34,714 nt of DNA. It comes from a virus (Duplodnaviria; Caudoviricetes). Numbering within the stretch: position 1 is the stretch's first letter; the number at the start of each line of letters is the position of its first letter. Below the pieces are notes generated by a model. It searched no databases and was not told the DNA's origin. It saw only the letters and a program-made list of their open reading frames with translations. Location of the stretch: the IMG/VR virus record IMGVR_UViG_3300016474_000243, positions 1-34,714 of that record, one strand, 5' to 3'. The translations under genes and the position numbers were made by a program. Shown here in pieces: positions 1 through 8,614 of the stretch.

Positions 1-17
1 GCCTCGCCTCTTAATGG
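1..17. repeat. Terminal direct repeat, left copy (circular assembly overlap)
   Basis: gcctcgcctcttaatgg at 1-17 is identical to 34698-34714. Confidence 0.95.
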
Positions 18-53
18 AGGTGGATTTTTTGCTAATGCTCCTTTACGCGCCAT
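1..53 (-). CDS. 5' part of junction-spanning Gln/Pro-rich putative internal virion protein (198 aa; continues 34697->34154)
   Basis: ATG at 53-51 overlaps the TAA of the upstream gene (TAATG). It reads MARKGALAKNPPPLRGEARKEFK... across the junction without a stop into the 145-aa ORF. Confidence 0.88.
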   Translation of the reverse strand, partial: MARKGALAKNPPPLRGE

Positions 54-1606
54 TATTTTTTCTCCTTACCTTTATTGTACGCTTTTTCTAATGCACCGCG
101 CATAGAAGTTGATTTAACTAATTTGCCAGTATCATCTCTGTACAAACCTGCTGATTGTCTACCAACTTCACCTTTTTTTGGCCTAGCAATAGGAGTGGTA
201 GTTTGACTTGCTTTTACATTAGTTGCGCCACCACCTAGCAAATCGTTAGCGCCTCGCATGTAATAATCGTATTTTGTTTGATTTATACGATTGTCTTTTA
301 GCGCTTCATCTAGTTTTGTTTTTATTAAATCAATAGTAATACCTTGTTGTTTAGCAAAGTGCTGCATGTTAGCACGAGCTACATTCGGATCGTCGGCTGC
401 ATTACTAACAGCTCCTTTTGCATACCAAGCTGCAATATCGGATGCTTTTTGACCAACAAAACCATACGAAGCTGCTAACGCATCAGCAGCGGGAACTGCG
501 GCATTCCATGCTTTTGGTTGATTTTCTGCAATTTTATTTATGTTTTTCCACTTTAGCGTTGAACCGTCTGTGCCAAAATTATACTTAGTTCCGTCTGCTA
601 AAGTGCCTTCAAATTTGTCGTCAAGAATTTGACCTTTTTGCAAAACGTCCCTAATGCCATCACGCATCATCTGAGCTTTATTTTTAGAACTTCCAAAATA
701 AGCTCCTGCTGCTCCAGCGGCTGCTCCAACAGCAGCTCCAATAGCTGTTCCGATTGGGCCACCTAGTGAACCAATAGCAGCTCCAGAAGCAGCACCGCCA
801 ATCACGCCGGTTTGCATACGCTTGCTACCAGCAGCCATGTCACCCAATGCTTCTGCGGTTTTATAGCCACCATAAAGTCCTGCACCAGCAGCAAGATAGG
901 GAGCCGCTGCTCCAATAGTTGCAGTAGTGCTTCCTCCTATTCCTGCTGATGTAGCGGCTGCTGCGCCGCTAGCTATTGCACCAGCACCGTAAATTCCAGC
1001 GCCTACTTTATCTCCACTTTGGTATGCTTTGTATGCTTGATACGCTTGTAATAATGATATTGATCCCTTAGATACCGCATCCCAATTAACAGACTGCATA
1101 AAACCTGGATCGTTTTGTGCTTCTATTGGAATCGACTGTTTGCCAGCAGGGGTATCAACAACCGTAGTTTCGCCACTTAATTCCACAGTCGGGCCAGAAC
1201 CATCAACAGTAGTCGTAGGAGGTGGAACTTGCCGCGAAACTCCAACAGTTCCGCTTCCTAACATTTCTTGACCACTTTGCTTTGCAACTTCTTCAACAAC
1301 TTTTGCAGAAGTTTCAGTGCCTGTAAGTTGATCAATCCATTTACCAGCATTGTTCATTACATAACGACCAGCTATAGCGCCAGCAACTAAGCCTCCGGCT
1401 TGAGCTAAACCAGATTGCTGCTGTTGTTTTGCAGCTTCCTTTTTTTGATCTTCAGGGCTTTTAGGAGCACCAAATATAGCAGTTGTTTGATCGTATGCAG
1501 CACGATGAGGAAAGCCGTTACTGGTAAGCCAAGCGTAATAAGCATCGGGTCTGCTACGAGCAAATGCCGGTGCTTCCGGATGAAATGCTTGTTCGTTAAT
1601 TGCCAT
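53..1606 (-). CDS. Putative internal virion/ejection protein with glycine-zipper hydrophobic segments
   Basis: Long Gly/Ala-rich hydrophobic runs (GGAASGAAIGSLGGPIGTAIGAAVGAAAGAAG); lies between the adaptor and nozzle genes. ATG at 1606 preferred to TTG at 1618. Confidence 0.65.
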   Translation of the reverse strand: MAINEQAFHPEAPAFARSRPDAYYAWLTSNGFPHRAAYDQTTAIFGAPKSPEDQKKEAAKQQQQSGLAQAGGLVAGAIAGRYVMNNAGKWIDQLTGTETSAKVVEEVAKQSGQEMLGSGTVGVSRQVPPPTTTVDGSGPTVELSGETTVVDTPAGKQSIPIEAQNDPGFMQSVNWDAVSKGSISLLQAYQAYKAYQSGDKVGAGIYGAGAIASGAAAATSAGIGGSTTATIGAAAPYLAAGAGLYGGYKTAEALGDMAAGSKRMQTGVIGGAASGAAIGSLGGPIGTAIGAAVGAAAGAAGAYFGSSKNKAQMMRDGIRDVLQKGQILDDKFEGTLADGTKYNFGTDGSTLKWKNINKIAENQPKAWNAAVPAADALAASYGFVGQKASDIAAWYAKGAVSNAADDPNVARANMQHFAKQQGITIDLIKTKLDEALKDNRINQTKYDYYMRGANDLLGGGATNVKASQTTTPIARPKKGEVGRQSAGLYRDDTGKLVKSTSMRGALEKAYNKGKEKK

Positions 1607-1608
1607 AA

Positions 1609-2466
1609 CTATATCCAAGTCCCAAATGCAGCTACACCACTTCTTGCAAACTGAGTTGGTCTACTTATGCCACCAGCATAAATAACCTTTCCAGCCATAG
1701 TTCTACTAAATTCTTCGTGCAACTCTACATCAAAACGTGGCTTAATACTGTCTAATCCATGTATCTCTGCAAAACGCTCTAGTACGCCCTGCTCTACTAA
1801 CTTTTCTTGAAATATACTTGTATCTGTATCGGCTAAAAATGAACTATACGGGCCATTGTAATACGTCCATGTCACACCACCATCAGATATACTTCCGCTA
1901 GTGTGCGTTGGTGCCGTAGCGCCTGTAGTGCCTCCAGCGGTAGTTTGATAGTAATTTCCGTTATAAAAACAGTAAGCGTTAGCTGCAAAAGATGTACTAG
2001 TAGTCCAGGTTTTAGGCACTACGCTTCTATCTGCTATATACTCAAATATAATTACTTGCCCAGAAGTTTGTGGCGTTGGGCTAATCAGCAATTCAGTATT
2101 AGTTAAACCTCTTATTTGAAACCGCTGATATATAGTCGGCAACAATCCATAGCCTTGGATTTGCGCCCAATCTTGCTCAGATATTGGCCCTAGCACTCTC
2201 CACCTAGTGCTTTGATTCCAAAAGGTTTCATATTGATAATGAGAAAAAGCCGCTGGTAGAGCATAAGTTGCTTGACCCGCTACCAGCGTTATTGAGCTTG
2301 TGGCGTAACATTTGGGCCACGGATACGCCTCAAAGATATTACGGTTAATACGATTTGCTATAGCTAGTAACTGCTTTGTAGTAGTTTCTGAAGATGTCAG
2401 TATATTTGACTCAACAGTATAGCCAGCTTCAGCAGCAACATTTTGTATAACCGTAGCTATGCTCAT
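1609..2466 (-). CDS. Head-tail adaptor / tail tubular protein A-like, with an inserted CBM-like module
   Basis: Helical N-terminus, 'YPWP...ITLVAGQATYALPA', 'IFEY' and C-terminal helices are typical of podovirus adaptors; follows the capsid block. Confidence 0.7.
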   Translation of the reverse strand: MSIATVIQNVAAEAGYTVESNILTSSETTTKQLLAIANRINRNIFEAYPWPKCYATSSITLVAGQATYALPAAFSHYQYETFWNQSTRWRVLGPISEQDWAQIQGYGLLPTIYQRFQIRGLTNTELLISPTPQTSGQVIIFEYIADRSVVPKTWTTSTSFAANAYCFYNGNYYQTTAGGTTGATAPTHTSGSISDGGVTWTYYNGPYSSFLADTDTSIFQEKLVEQGVLERFAEIHGLDSIKPRFDVELHEEFSRTMAGKVIYAGGISRPTQFARSGVAAFGTWI

Positions 2467-3131
2467 ACTCTTCTAGGTCTACCTCTTTTTCTAGGCTCAT
2501 CATCAAGAATATCTTCTTCCAGGGCTTCGGTGGACGGGATCACCTCCTTTCGTTCTGCGCGTAGGTCGGTGCCTTCATTGGCCTCGACACGTTGAAGAAG
2601 AAGCTCTAGTTTTTCCTCTAGCTTTGCTGTTCTAGCCTGCTCTTTTTCTAATTGAGCTTTCAGCTTAACAACTTCATTCTGACTAGAGTTAGCAGCGGCT
2701 AGCCACTCTTGAGCTAACTTTGCAAACTTAGACAATGTGCCTAGTTTACGTTTAGCCTCGTCTGTAGCTGCTGCAAGTTGTTCTACCGTCTTAAATCCTA
2801 AGTATTGCAATTCTCGCATTGCAGTACCGTTCATCATTGGCCATTCAGCTAATGGAGTACCTTCTTGTACTGGTTCAGAACCAGCCTTAAAACGCGCATA
2901 AAGCTCTGGGTATTCGTGAATATCCTGCTGCTCTATACGTCTAACCGTCTCGTCCATTCCTGGCCATTGAATACTAATGGACGGAATCTCATCAAATATC
3001 GGACGGCCTTCTCTTAGCGACTTTTCTTCGTTTTCTTGATAAGCGTAAAAAAATCGTACGTTAGCTCCGGCAAAACGCTTTTTTTGTGGTTGTACTCCAC
3101 TAGCGATGCTCTGCCAATCAATTTGTGCCAT
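2463..3131 (-). CDS. Conserved-type phage protein with HhH-like motif and coiled coil
   Basis: GTPLAEWP...ELQYLGFKTVEQLA (HhH-like), a heptad region and a basic RGRPR tail. Confidence 0.6.
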   Translation of the reverse strand: MAQIDWQSIASGVQPQKKRFAGANVRFFYAYQENEEKSLREGRPIFDEIPSISIQWPGMDETVRRIEQQDIHEYPELYARFKAGSEPVQEGTPLAEWPMMNGTAMRELQYLGFKTVEQLAAATDEAKRKLGTLSKFAKLAQEWLAAANSSQNEVVKLKAQLEKEQARTAKLEEKLELLLQRVEANEGTDLRAERKEVIPSTEALEEDILDDEPRKRGRPRRV

Positions 3132-3160
3132 AAGTCTCCTTATAAAAGCGGATTATTCCG

Positions 3161-3748
3161 CTAAGCAATACCTATAGAGTAGCACATTTTATATAACCCG
3201 CTATTAGTGAATCCCGTAAATGTAAACGACGTTCCACTTTCAACTGTATCTTTAACTGCTATTACGGATGTGTCAGCGCTTTGATAAGTTGTAAACCCAC
3301 TACCGATTGTAGCACCACCATAATTACCGCTGCCATCATCAGTATAGCCCATAGCTATAATTGTGCTTCCGGCGGTTAAGCCTGTTAAGCCTGGCCAAGT
3401 TATTTCGTCTACTGCGACAATTAAAGTGGCTTCATCTACATTTCTAAGCACTAAACTTCCTTGCGAAGAAGCAGTATTGCCCATGCTACCTGTCTCGGTG
3501 CCGTCTGCTACTTTATAAGCAAAGTTATAATTTATGCCGCCTAAAGTACCAGCGTCTACGCTAATAAAATCAATCGCTGCGACAACCAAACCGCTGCTCG
3601 ATAGAGCCGTAAAAATAATATCTCCAGCAAGTATGTTATCAGGAAAATTGCCATTAGTGCTTGAACTAACGACATTGGGATTGCCGCTAGAGCCACCACT
3701 AACGGCTACAAAGTTTCCTGCTACAGCGCTACCGAGTCCAATAAACAT
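3161..3748 (-). CDS. Putative head fibre/spike protein
   Basis: N-terminal MFIGLG peptide, Gly/Ser linker and beta-rich domain; start overlaps the stop of the spike-base gene. Confidence 0.5.
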   Translation of the reverse strand: MFIGLGSAVAGNFVAVSGGSSGNPNVVSSSTNGNFPDNILAGDIIFTALSSSGLVVAAIDFISVDAGTLGGINYNFAYKVADGTETGSMGNTASSQGSLVLRNVDEATLIVAVDEITWPGLTGLTAGSTIIAMGYTDDGSGNYGGATIGSGFTTYQSADTSVIAVKDTVESGTSFTFTGFTNSGLYKMCYSIGIA

Positions 3749-4005
3749 TAGTACAAAGCCACTATATTAGTTGCAGACGTTCCTGTTGCCATTACTTTTT
3801 GAGCAAATACTGGCAAAAGTGTTCCAGCCGCAACAGTAAACGAAACTGCTGCCGTATCATTGCAAGCCATAATGTTTACTGTTCCAGCACCACCGCACCA
3901 AATACCACGACAACCAGTAAGAACGGTTGTATCACTAGGAGTAACAGCAGTAAGTTTATAAGCTGGAAACATTGCACCAGGGTTAGAAGGAGTAAAATCT
4001 GGCAT
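3748..4005 (-). CDS. Head spike base protein, RcGTA Rcc01079-like
   Basis: 85 aa with AVTPSD, RGIWCGGAGTV and AGTLLPV...VMATGTSATNIVALY motifs. Confidence 0.75.
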   Translation of the reverse strand: MPDFTPSNPGAMFPAYKLTAVTPSDTTVLTGCRGIWCGGAGTVNIMACNDTAAVSFTVAAGTLLPVFAQKVMATGTSATNIVALY

Positions 4006-4015
4006 AAAATACCTT

Positions 4016-4047
4016 AAAAAGAGGAGGGGATTTTAGCCCCCTCCTTT
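4016..4047 (-). terminator. Intrinsic terminator
   Basis: AGGAGGGG/CCCCTCCT stem followed by a T-run on the minus strand. Confidence 0.7.
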
Positions 4048-4049
4048 AA

Positions 4050-4454
4050 CTATGCTTCCTTAGCAACAACGTATACTAGCCAATCTGTAGTAGACCGACG
4101 TACACAAATGTTACCAGCAGCAGCAGCACATGTTACCGCAGCACCAGCAGTACCGCCGTTAAGCGTTCCTGTTGTAGCATGGGGCCACACATTAAGTGCG
4201 TTAGCGCCGTTATTTTGCACAACCACTATAGAGCCAACTGGAGCATCTGGAAGTTTAACTCCAGTGCCTACGCCAGCAGTTCCTACAAGGTTTACAAAAG
4301 AAGTTAGCGCCAAAGCATCTGCAATAGTTGTTCCTGTAGCTGTTAATGTACCGCTAGAAGATCGCTCTGGAGCGGAAGAAACAGTTTGAGTAGACAACGC
4401 CGTGGCGTGCTCTGGAGGCATTCCAAGACCAATTAAATCTGTAACTAATGGCAT
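4050..4454 (-). CDS. Putative capsid decoration/minor head protein
   Basis: Small Ala/Thr/Gly-rich beta protein downstream of the major capsid gene. Confidence 0.5.
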   Translation of the reverse strand: MPLVTDLIGLGMPPEHATALSTQTVSSAPERSSSGTLTATGTTIADALALTSFVNLVGTAGVGTGVKLPDAPVGSIVVVQNNGANALNVWPHATTGTLNGGTAGAAVTCAAAAGNICVRRSTTDWLVYVVAKEA

Positions 4455-4464
4455 AAATCCTCAC

Positions 4465-4490
4465 AAAATAGGGGGGTATTGCTACCCCCC
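4465..4490 (-). terminator. Intrinsic terminator
   Basis: GGGGGGTA-GCAA-TACCCCCC hairpin (GNRA loop on the minus strand) followed by TATTTT. Confidence 0.75.
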
Positions 4491-4496
4491 ATATTG

Positions 4497-4982
4497 TTAG
4501 TTGACCCGTAGATGGTCTGTTGCAAACAGATTAACTGTTCCTGCACCAACTAGCGTCTCAAGTCCAACTACGTTTCTAATGACCGTAGTTGAAGCATCGT
4601 CAGCTACTCCAGCGGTTGCTGTAGTATTAAGGTTAGCTTTAGCTGCATACGACGCAGCAGCTTTACCCTTAATTCCAGCAGTTGCTCCACCAGCAGCCGC
4701 GCCACCAATCCACACCCAGAGATACTCATTGTCAGCAGCAGCTACTTGAGCCACGCCAACAAGAAGATTCTGAGAGCCAGCGTTTGTAGTTGTAAGCATA
4801 GCAGCCTGACCATCAGCTTCGATTTTAACGAAAGCATACTGATCAATAGCTCCATCAGCCTGAACAAATACAAACTCACCCTCTACAAGCGAACCTACTG
4901 TTCCAACTTTAGCCGGAACGGGAGATTCAGTGCCTGTAAAAGTTTTCTTGTAATTAACACCAAATGATCCTACCTGTGACAT
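4497..4982 (-). CDS. Capsid cement/decoration protein
   Basis: Immediately downstream of the major capsid gene; GEFVFVQA...VGVAQVA...YLWVWIGG pattern. Confidence 0.6.
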   Translation of the reverse strand: MSQVGSFGVNYKKTFTGTESPVPAKVGTVGSLVEGEFVFVQADGAIDQYAFVKIEADGQAAMLTTTNAGSQNLLVGVAQVAAADNEYLWVWIGGAAAGGATAGIKGKAAASYAAKANLNTTATAGVADDASTTVIRNVVGLETLVGAGTVNLFATDHLRVN

Positions 4983-5000
4983 ACTCTATATTCCTCCCTA

Positions 5001-5957
5001 TTAAGCGTAAATAACACCCTGGAGAGCCGGAGCAGAGCAGCAGAGGTTTCCTTCAACGATAATTACGGTGAAGAAAGCATCCTGATCAATCGGACGATCC
5101 ATAGTTGGTGTTAGCGGCTTGAAGTCAGCGCCTCGAATCATGTCAAAAGTCCAATACTTAGTATTGAGCAATCGGCATGAATTTGTCTCAAGTACGCTTG
5201 ATCCGTAACCACCATCAAACACAAAATCGCACCCGTCATAGCTAAGAACGCGGAATCCAGCTACAGCTTTCTTAGTAGGAAGCTGAATACGCTGAATAGC
5301 TGTTAGTGAGCTATGAAGGAACTTCCAAGCGGTACGATCCATAAGACCAAGATCCGGTGCCTCAGAACCACGAGTTAGGCGGCTGATTACATCGGTAATA
5401 GTCTCCTGCACGTTCGACGCAGAAAGTGTTACGTTGGTAGCATAGTTTCTAGCAAAAGAGTTAGAAACACGGTCAATTCCTCCGTAGGTTCCTGACGATG
5501 GCGAAGTTGATACAGCCTTTTTGATACCATCAAACTCAAGTCCACCAGAACCAGTTCCATCACCACGAAGTGAAGTTGAAACAGTATTCTTTAGGCGCTC
5601 GATAGCAGCATCCATCTTAGCCTCAGCTAGATCGAGAAGCTGTGCATCTCCACGGTTAGCACGACGCTCACGACCGTTCATAGCAACAGGCTCATAGCAC
5701 TGCTTAATCTGAAACCTGAAAGCCGTTAGGTCATCGATAGAAGCAAGGTCAAAAGACTGATACCCCTGGTAGAAACCGCCTACTGCCACGTCATTGTACA
5801 TAACGGGCTTACGCAGTTCATATCCACCTTCTATTTTCTTAATTTTACCCTTCTCGTCCAGAACGGAAGTTAGAGGATTGTGATGCAACACAAGATCCGC
5901 TATTTCCTCCGACTGATCAAAGAGGGTTGTTACGATTGCCTCTTCTAAATTTGCCAT
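5001..5957 (-). CDS. Major capsid protein
   Basis: 318 aa after the scaffold gene; IVTTL...EIADLV..NPL, GDGTGSGG.EFDG, TYGGIDR and C-terminal GNLCCS...QGV motifs. Confidence 0.88.
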   Translation of the reverse strand: MANLEEAIVTTLFDQSEEIADLVLHHNPLTSVLDEKGKIKKIEGGYELRKPVMYNDVAVGGFYQGYQSFDLASIDDLTAFRFQIKQCYEPVAMNGRERRANRGDAQLLDLAEAKMDAAIERLKNTVSTSLRGDGTGSGGLEFDGIKKAVSTSPSSGTYGGIDRVSNSFARNYATNVTLSASNVQETITDVISRLTRGSEAPDLGLMDRTAWKFLHSSLTAIQRIQLPTKKAVAGFRVLSYDGCDFVFDGGYGSSVLETNSCRLLNTKYWTFDMIRGADFKPLTPTMDRPIDQDAFFTVIIVEGNLCCSAPALQGVIYA

Positions 5958-5996
5958 TTTTGTTATCCCTATAAAGTTCTGGGATAACTTGTGCGA

Positions 5997-7031
5997 TTAT
6001 TCGCCATTAAAGCGCCGCCGTAGGTTATCCCGTAAAGATTGTGCTTGTATCCTGGGAGTCCCACTACCAGCGGAGCCAGATATTGTTTTTGCAGCAGCCT
6101 TAGCTTTTTGTGCCGTAGCTTGCTGTTGTTGTATCACCGCACCAGCAGCCATTTTAGAAGTCAGGCTGGAAAAGGTCGGATTGCCGTTCACCACATAATT
6201 GTACGCAGTTTCAAGTACTTGCTCAGGGGAGGTATACCGCCCTGTAGCGTTAAGAGCTTGAACTACAGGAGCCATTTCAGCCTCTAATTGTGAAGCTGTT
6301 TCTGGATCCTTAAACAGTGGCTTACTGCTCATAAACGAGTTTACAACCTGTTGATTGTAATACTCAAGGGCCTTTTTTTCTTGGTTAGATTGGATGCTTC
6401 TAAACCGCTCTTCGGCTATTTGTTCAGCTTCTTCACGAGTAAGGTATTGAGGCTGTTGCTGATGCTGTATTTGCTGCGCGTGGCCGGTTAAATCTTCTAA
6501 TCGCACTCCGTACGAATCCAGCCAATCAATAGCGGTCTGGATGGGATTGCTTTGCATAGCTTTATCCCATGCAATAGAGCGACGTGCTACATCGCTAATT
6601 GATATACCGTCTCTGGCGTATTCATCTTCGTATTGCTTAATTGTTTCATATAATGAAGCTGACTGTTTTTTTAACTGTTCTACCTCTTGCATTTTACGGC
6701 TATAGTCAGAACGAGTCTCATAAGCACGTCTATTCAAATAGGATTGTAGAACATGAGCGTTAGCCGCCGTAGGATTGAGAAAAGCCTCCTTTTCAGCCGC
6801 GTTCATATCCGCGGGAGGAGCAAGCATTGGCTTCTCTACCGGCGCAACTGGCTCAGAAATAGGGGCTTCATCTTGGCTTTCTTCGCTAGCCTCTTCTGTT
6901 GGGCTTGCATCATCAGTTGTTTCAGCGCTATTTCTCAACTCTTGTTTTAGCTTTTCGCGAATGGATAAACCAGCAGGTTCTCTTTCTACAGTTACTTTTG
7001 TGGAATCTACGTTTTCAATATTATCTTCCAT
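5997..7031 (-). CDS. Capsid scaffolding protein
   Basis: Acidic disordered N-terminus, helical Q/E-rich body and C-terminal SLRDNLRR helix; directly upstream of the capsid gene. Confidence 0.75.
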   Translation of the reverse strand: MEDNIENVDSTKVTVEREPAGLSIREKLKQELRNSAETTDDASPTEEASEESQDEAPISEPVAPVEKPMLAPPADMNAAEKEAFLNPTAANAHVLQSYLNRRAYETRSDYSRKMQEVEQLKKQSASLYETIKQYEDEYARDGISISDVARRSIAWDKAMQSNPIQTAIDWLDSYGVRLEDLTGHAQQIQHQQQPQYLTREEAEQIAEERFRSIQSNQEKKALEYYNQQVVNSFMSSKPLFKDPETASQLEAEMAPVVQALNATGRYTSPEQVLETAYNYVVNGNPTFSSLTSKMAAGAVIQQQQATAQKAKAAAKTISGSAGSGTPRIQAQSLRDNLRRRFNGE

Positions 7032-7344
7032 TTCTATACCTATCTATTATTTGGTTTTTTATTTTGTTGACTAGCTTACGCTCAGGTGCGCCAGACTCAC
7101 GGTCTGGGATGTACCCTTTATCGTAGGCATCACCAACCTCAATAGCTCCCGCAGCTTTATAAGCCGCTCTGAGCTTTGATTTACTGGTATAGATTTCTTT
7201 AGGATTTAGCGGATTGCGCGTTGGTTCCATCTCGTCCTGAATAAACAGGTCGCGAGCATTGGACTGCACACGGCGCTGAACCTCTGCGATTGGAACAACT
7301 TTTTCTGCTATTGGGCAGTATTGAAACAATGTGTATTTACTCAT
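7021..7344 (-). CDS. Hypothetical head-module protein
   Basis: Overlaps the scaffold start; YTSKSKLRAAYKAAGAIEVG motif. Confidence 0.6.
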   Translation of the reverse strand: MSKYTLFQYCPIAEKVVPIAEVQRRVQSNARDLFIQDEMEPTRNPLNPKEIYTSKSKLRAAYKAAGAIEVGDAYDKGYIPDRESGAPERKLVNKIKNQIIDRYRNGR

Positions 7345-7641
7345 TTAATCATCCATTAGCATTAACAACATTAAAAGTCGCGTACGTTTTGCTTTCTCTT
7401 CGGCTACAAAATTCTGTTTAGCTAGCGCTTCTTCTGCTGCCTGTTTTGCTGCTAACGCCTCTGTTTGTCTACCAGCAAGGATTTGAGCAGCTAAGTATTC
7501 TTCTAATAACTCTTCCTCTGACTTTTTTCTTTTTCGTCTGCGGTTAAGAATATCTGAAGTATCGCTTACCTTGGCTTGAATAAAGCCGTTGGGTAAGCCG
7601 TATATCATGTGTAAATGGTTTTGGAATCCTCCATTAGTCAC
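7345..7641 (-). CDS. Hypothetical helical protein
   Basis: Tightly coupled to neighbours; RRRKRKK patch, helical body and LLMLLMLMDD tail. Confidence 0.6.
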   Translation of the reverse strand: MTNGGFQNHLHMIYGLPNGFIQAKVSDTSDILNRRRKRKKSEEELLEEYLAAQILAGRQTEALAAKQAAEEALAKQNFVAEEKAKRTRLLMLLMLMDD

Positions 7642-8614
7642 TGTTTATTCCAATAATAGGTTGAGCCGTTGGATCAGTTGTTACCGTTCTTGTACCTAAT
7701 ACAGTTGTATCATCTGATTTAGTAACGGATAACGAAGTACCAGAAACTTGTGTGTTGTGCACTCCTTGCGCCACCATACCGTACAAGGATTTAAGACTAA
7801 GTGCATCACCATCACTAGATGCCTCTACATTAGCTGTAGTTCTGCGAAGTACAATATCTGCAATCTTTACTATATCGGCTTCAGTCAAGACCTGATTGCC
7901 AATAATGTAACCTGCCGAACCAGCGGCATAACTTCCTGGTAGTGCGGTAGTCCACGGATCGCCAGCAGACGCAGCACTGTTTAACTTGTTCCCCATCGTG
8001 CCAGCAGCGTTGTAATCCGTTGCTAGCGCTTCCCATACAGCAGCCGCTAATGATTGCGGAGATAGCGGTGTAAACGGTGTAATGTCACCTGCCAGATGGC
8101 CAATAGCTGTTAGTGTAGTAGACGATGAAAACTGTACTAATGTGCTAGCAGTAGCATCGATAATAGCGCCAAGCGTTACGCCAGACGTATCAAAGGTAAT
8201 GGTAGTACTACCTGCTACGTTAGCGGCAGAAGCTAATGCGCCTGATAGCGTAAAAGTAAACGTAGCGCTACCAATAGCGGATACCGTTAGCTGTAATTGA
8301 GCATCGGCAACAGTAAACGTAACTGTAGTAGCGCCAGTTAAATTCCTACCGGCAACAAGATTAAGTGCTCCAGGCGTAAGGGTAATGTTACAGCTTGTAA
8401 AAGCCGACATTGCACCGTCTTTAAATGGCAAGCACCAAGAAGATGGCGGCCTGTGACCGTAAGGAATACCTGCTGTTTTGTCAGATATGCCTTCGCCACA
8501 AGATTGGTTGCGCAGGTCTGTATTGCCCCACAGTTGCCGTAATTGCCCAGTAACGCCACCTAAATGACGCATAGGCAAAGACGACACAAATGAGGAATTA
8601 AACTTTAGCCCCAT
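7634..8614 (-). CDS. Thr/Ala-rich putative structural (fibre/stalk-like) protein
   Basis: Repetitive beta-strand region and AAAVW/DPW/IADIVL repeat-like segments. Confidence 0.55.
   Translation of the reverse strand: MGLKFNSSFVSSLPMRHLGGVTGQLRQLWGNTDLRNQSCGEGISDKTAGIPYGHRPPSSWCLPFKDGAMSAFTSCNITLTPGALNLVAGRNLTGATTVTFTVADAQLQLTVSAIGSATFTFTLSGALASAANVAGSTTITFDTSGVTLGAIIDATASTLVQFSSSTTLTAIGHLAGDITPFTPLSPQSLAAAVWEALATDYNAAGTMGNKLNSAASAGDPWTTALPGSYAAGSAGYIIGNQVLTEADIVKIADIVLRRTTANVEASSDGDALSLKSLYGMVAQGVHNTQVSGTSLSVTKSDDTTVLGTRTVTTDPTAQPIIGINSD

Noticed and set aside
1-17. Terminal repeat as a biological DTR or att site
   Set aside because: It lies mid-gene and is short, which is best explained as assembler overlap; no integrase was seen.
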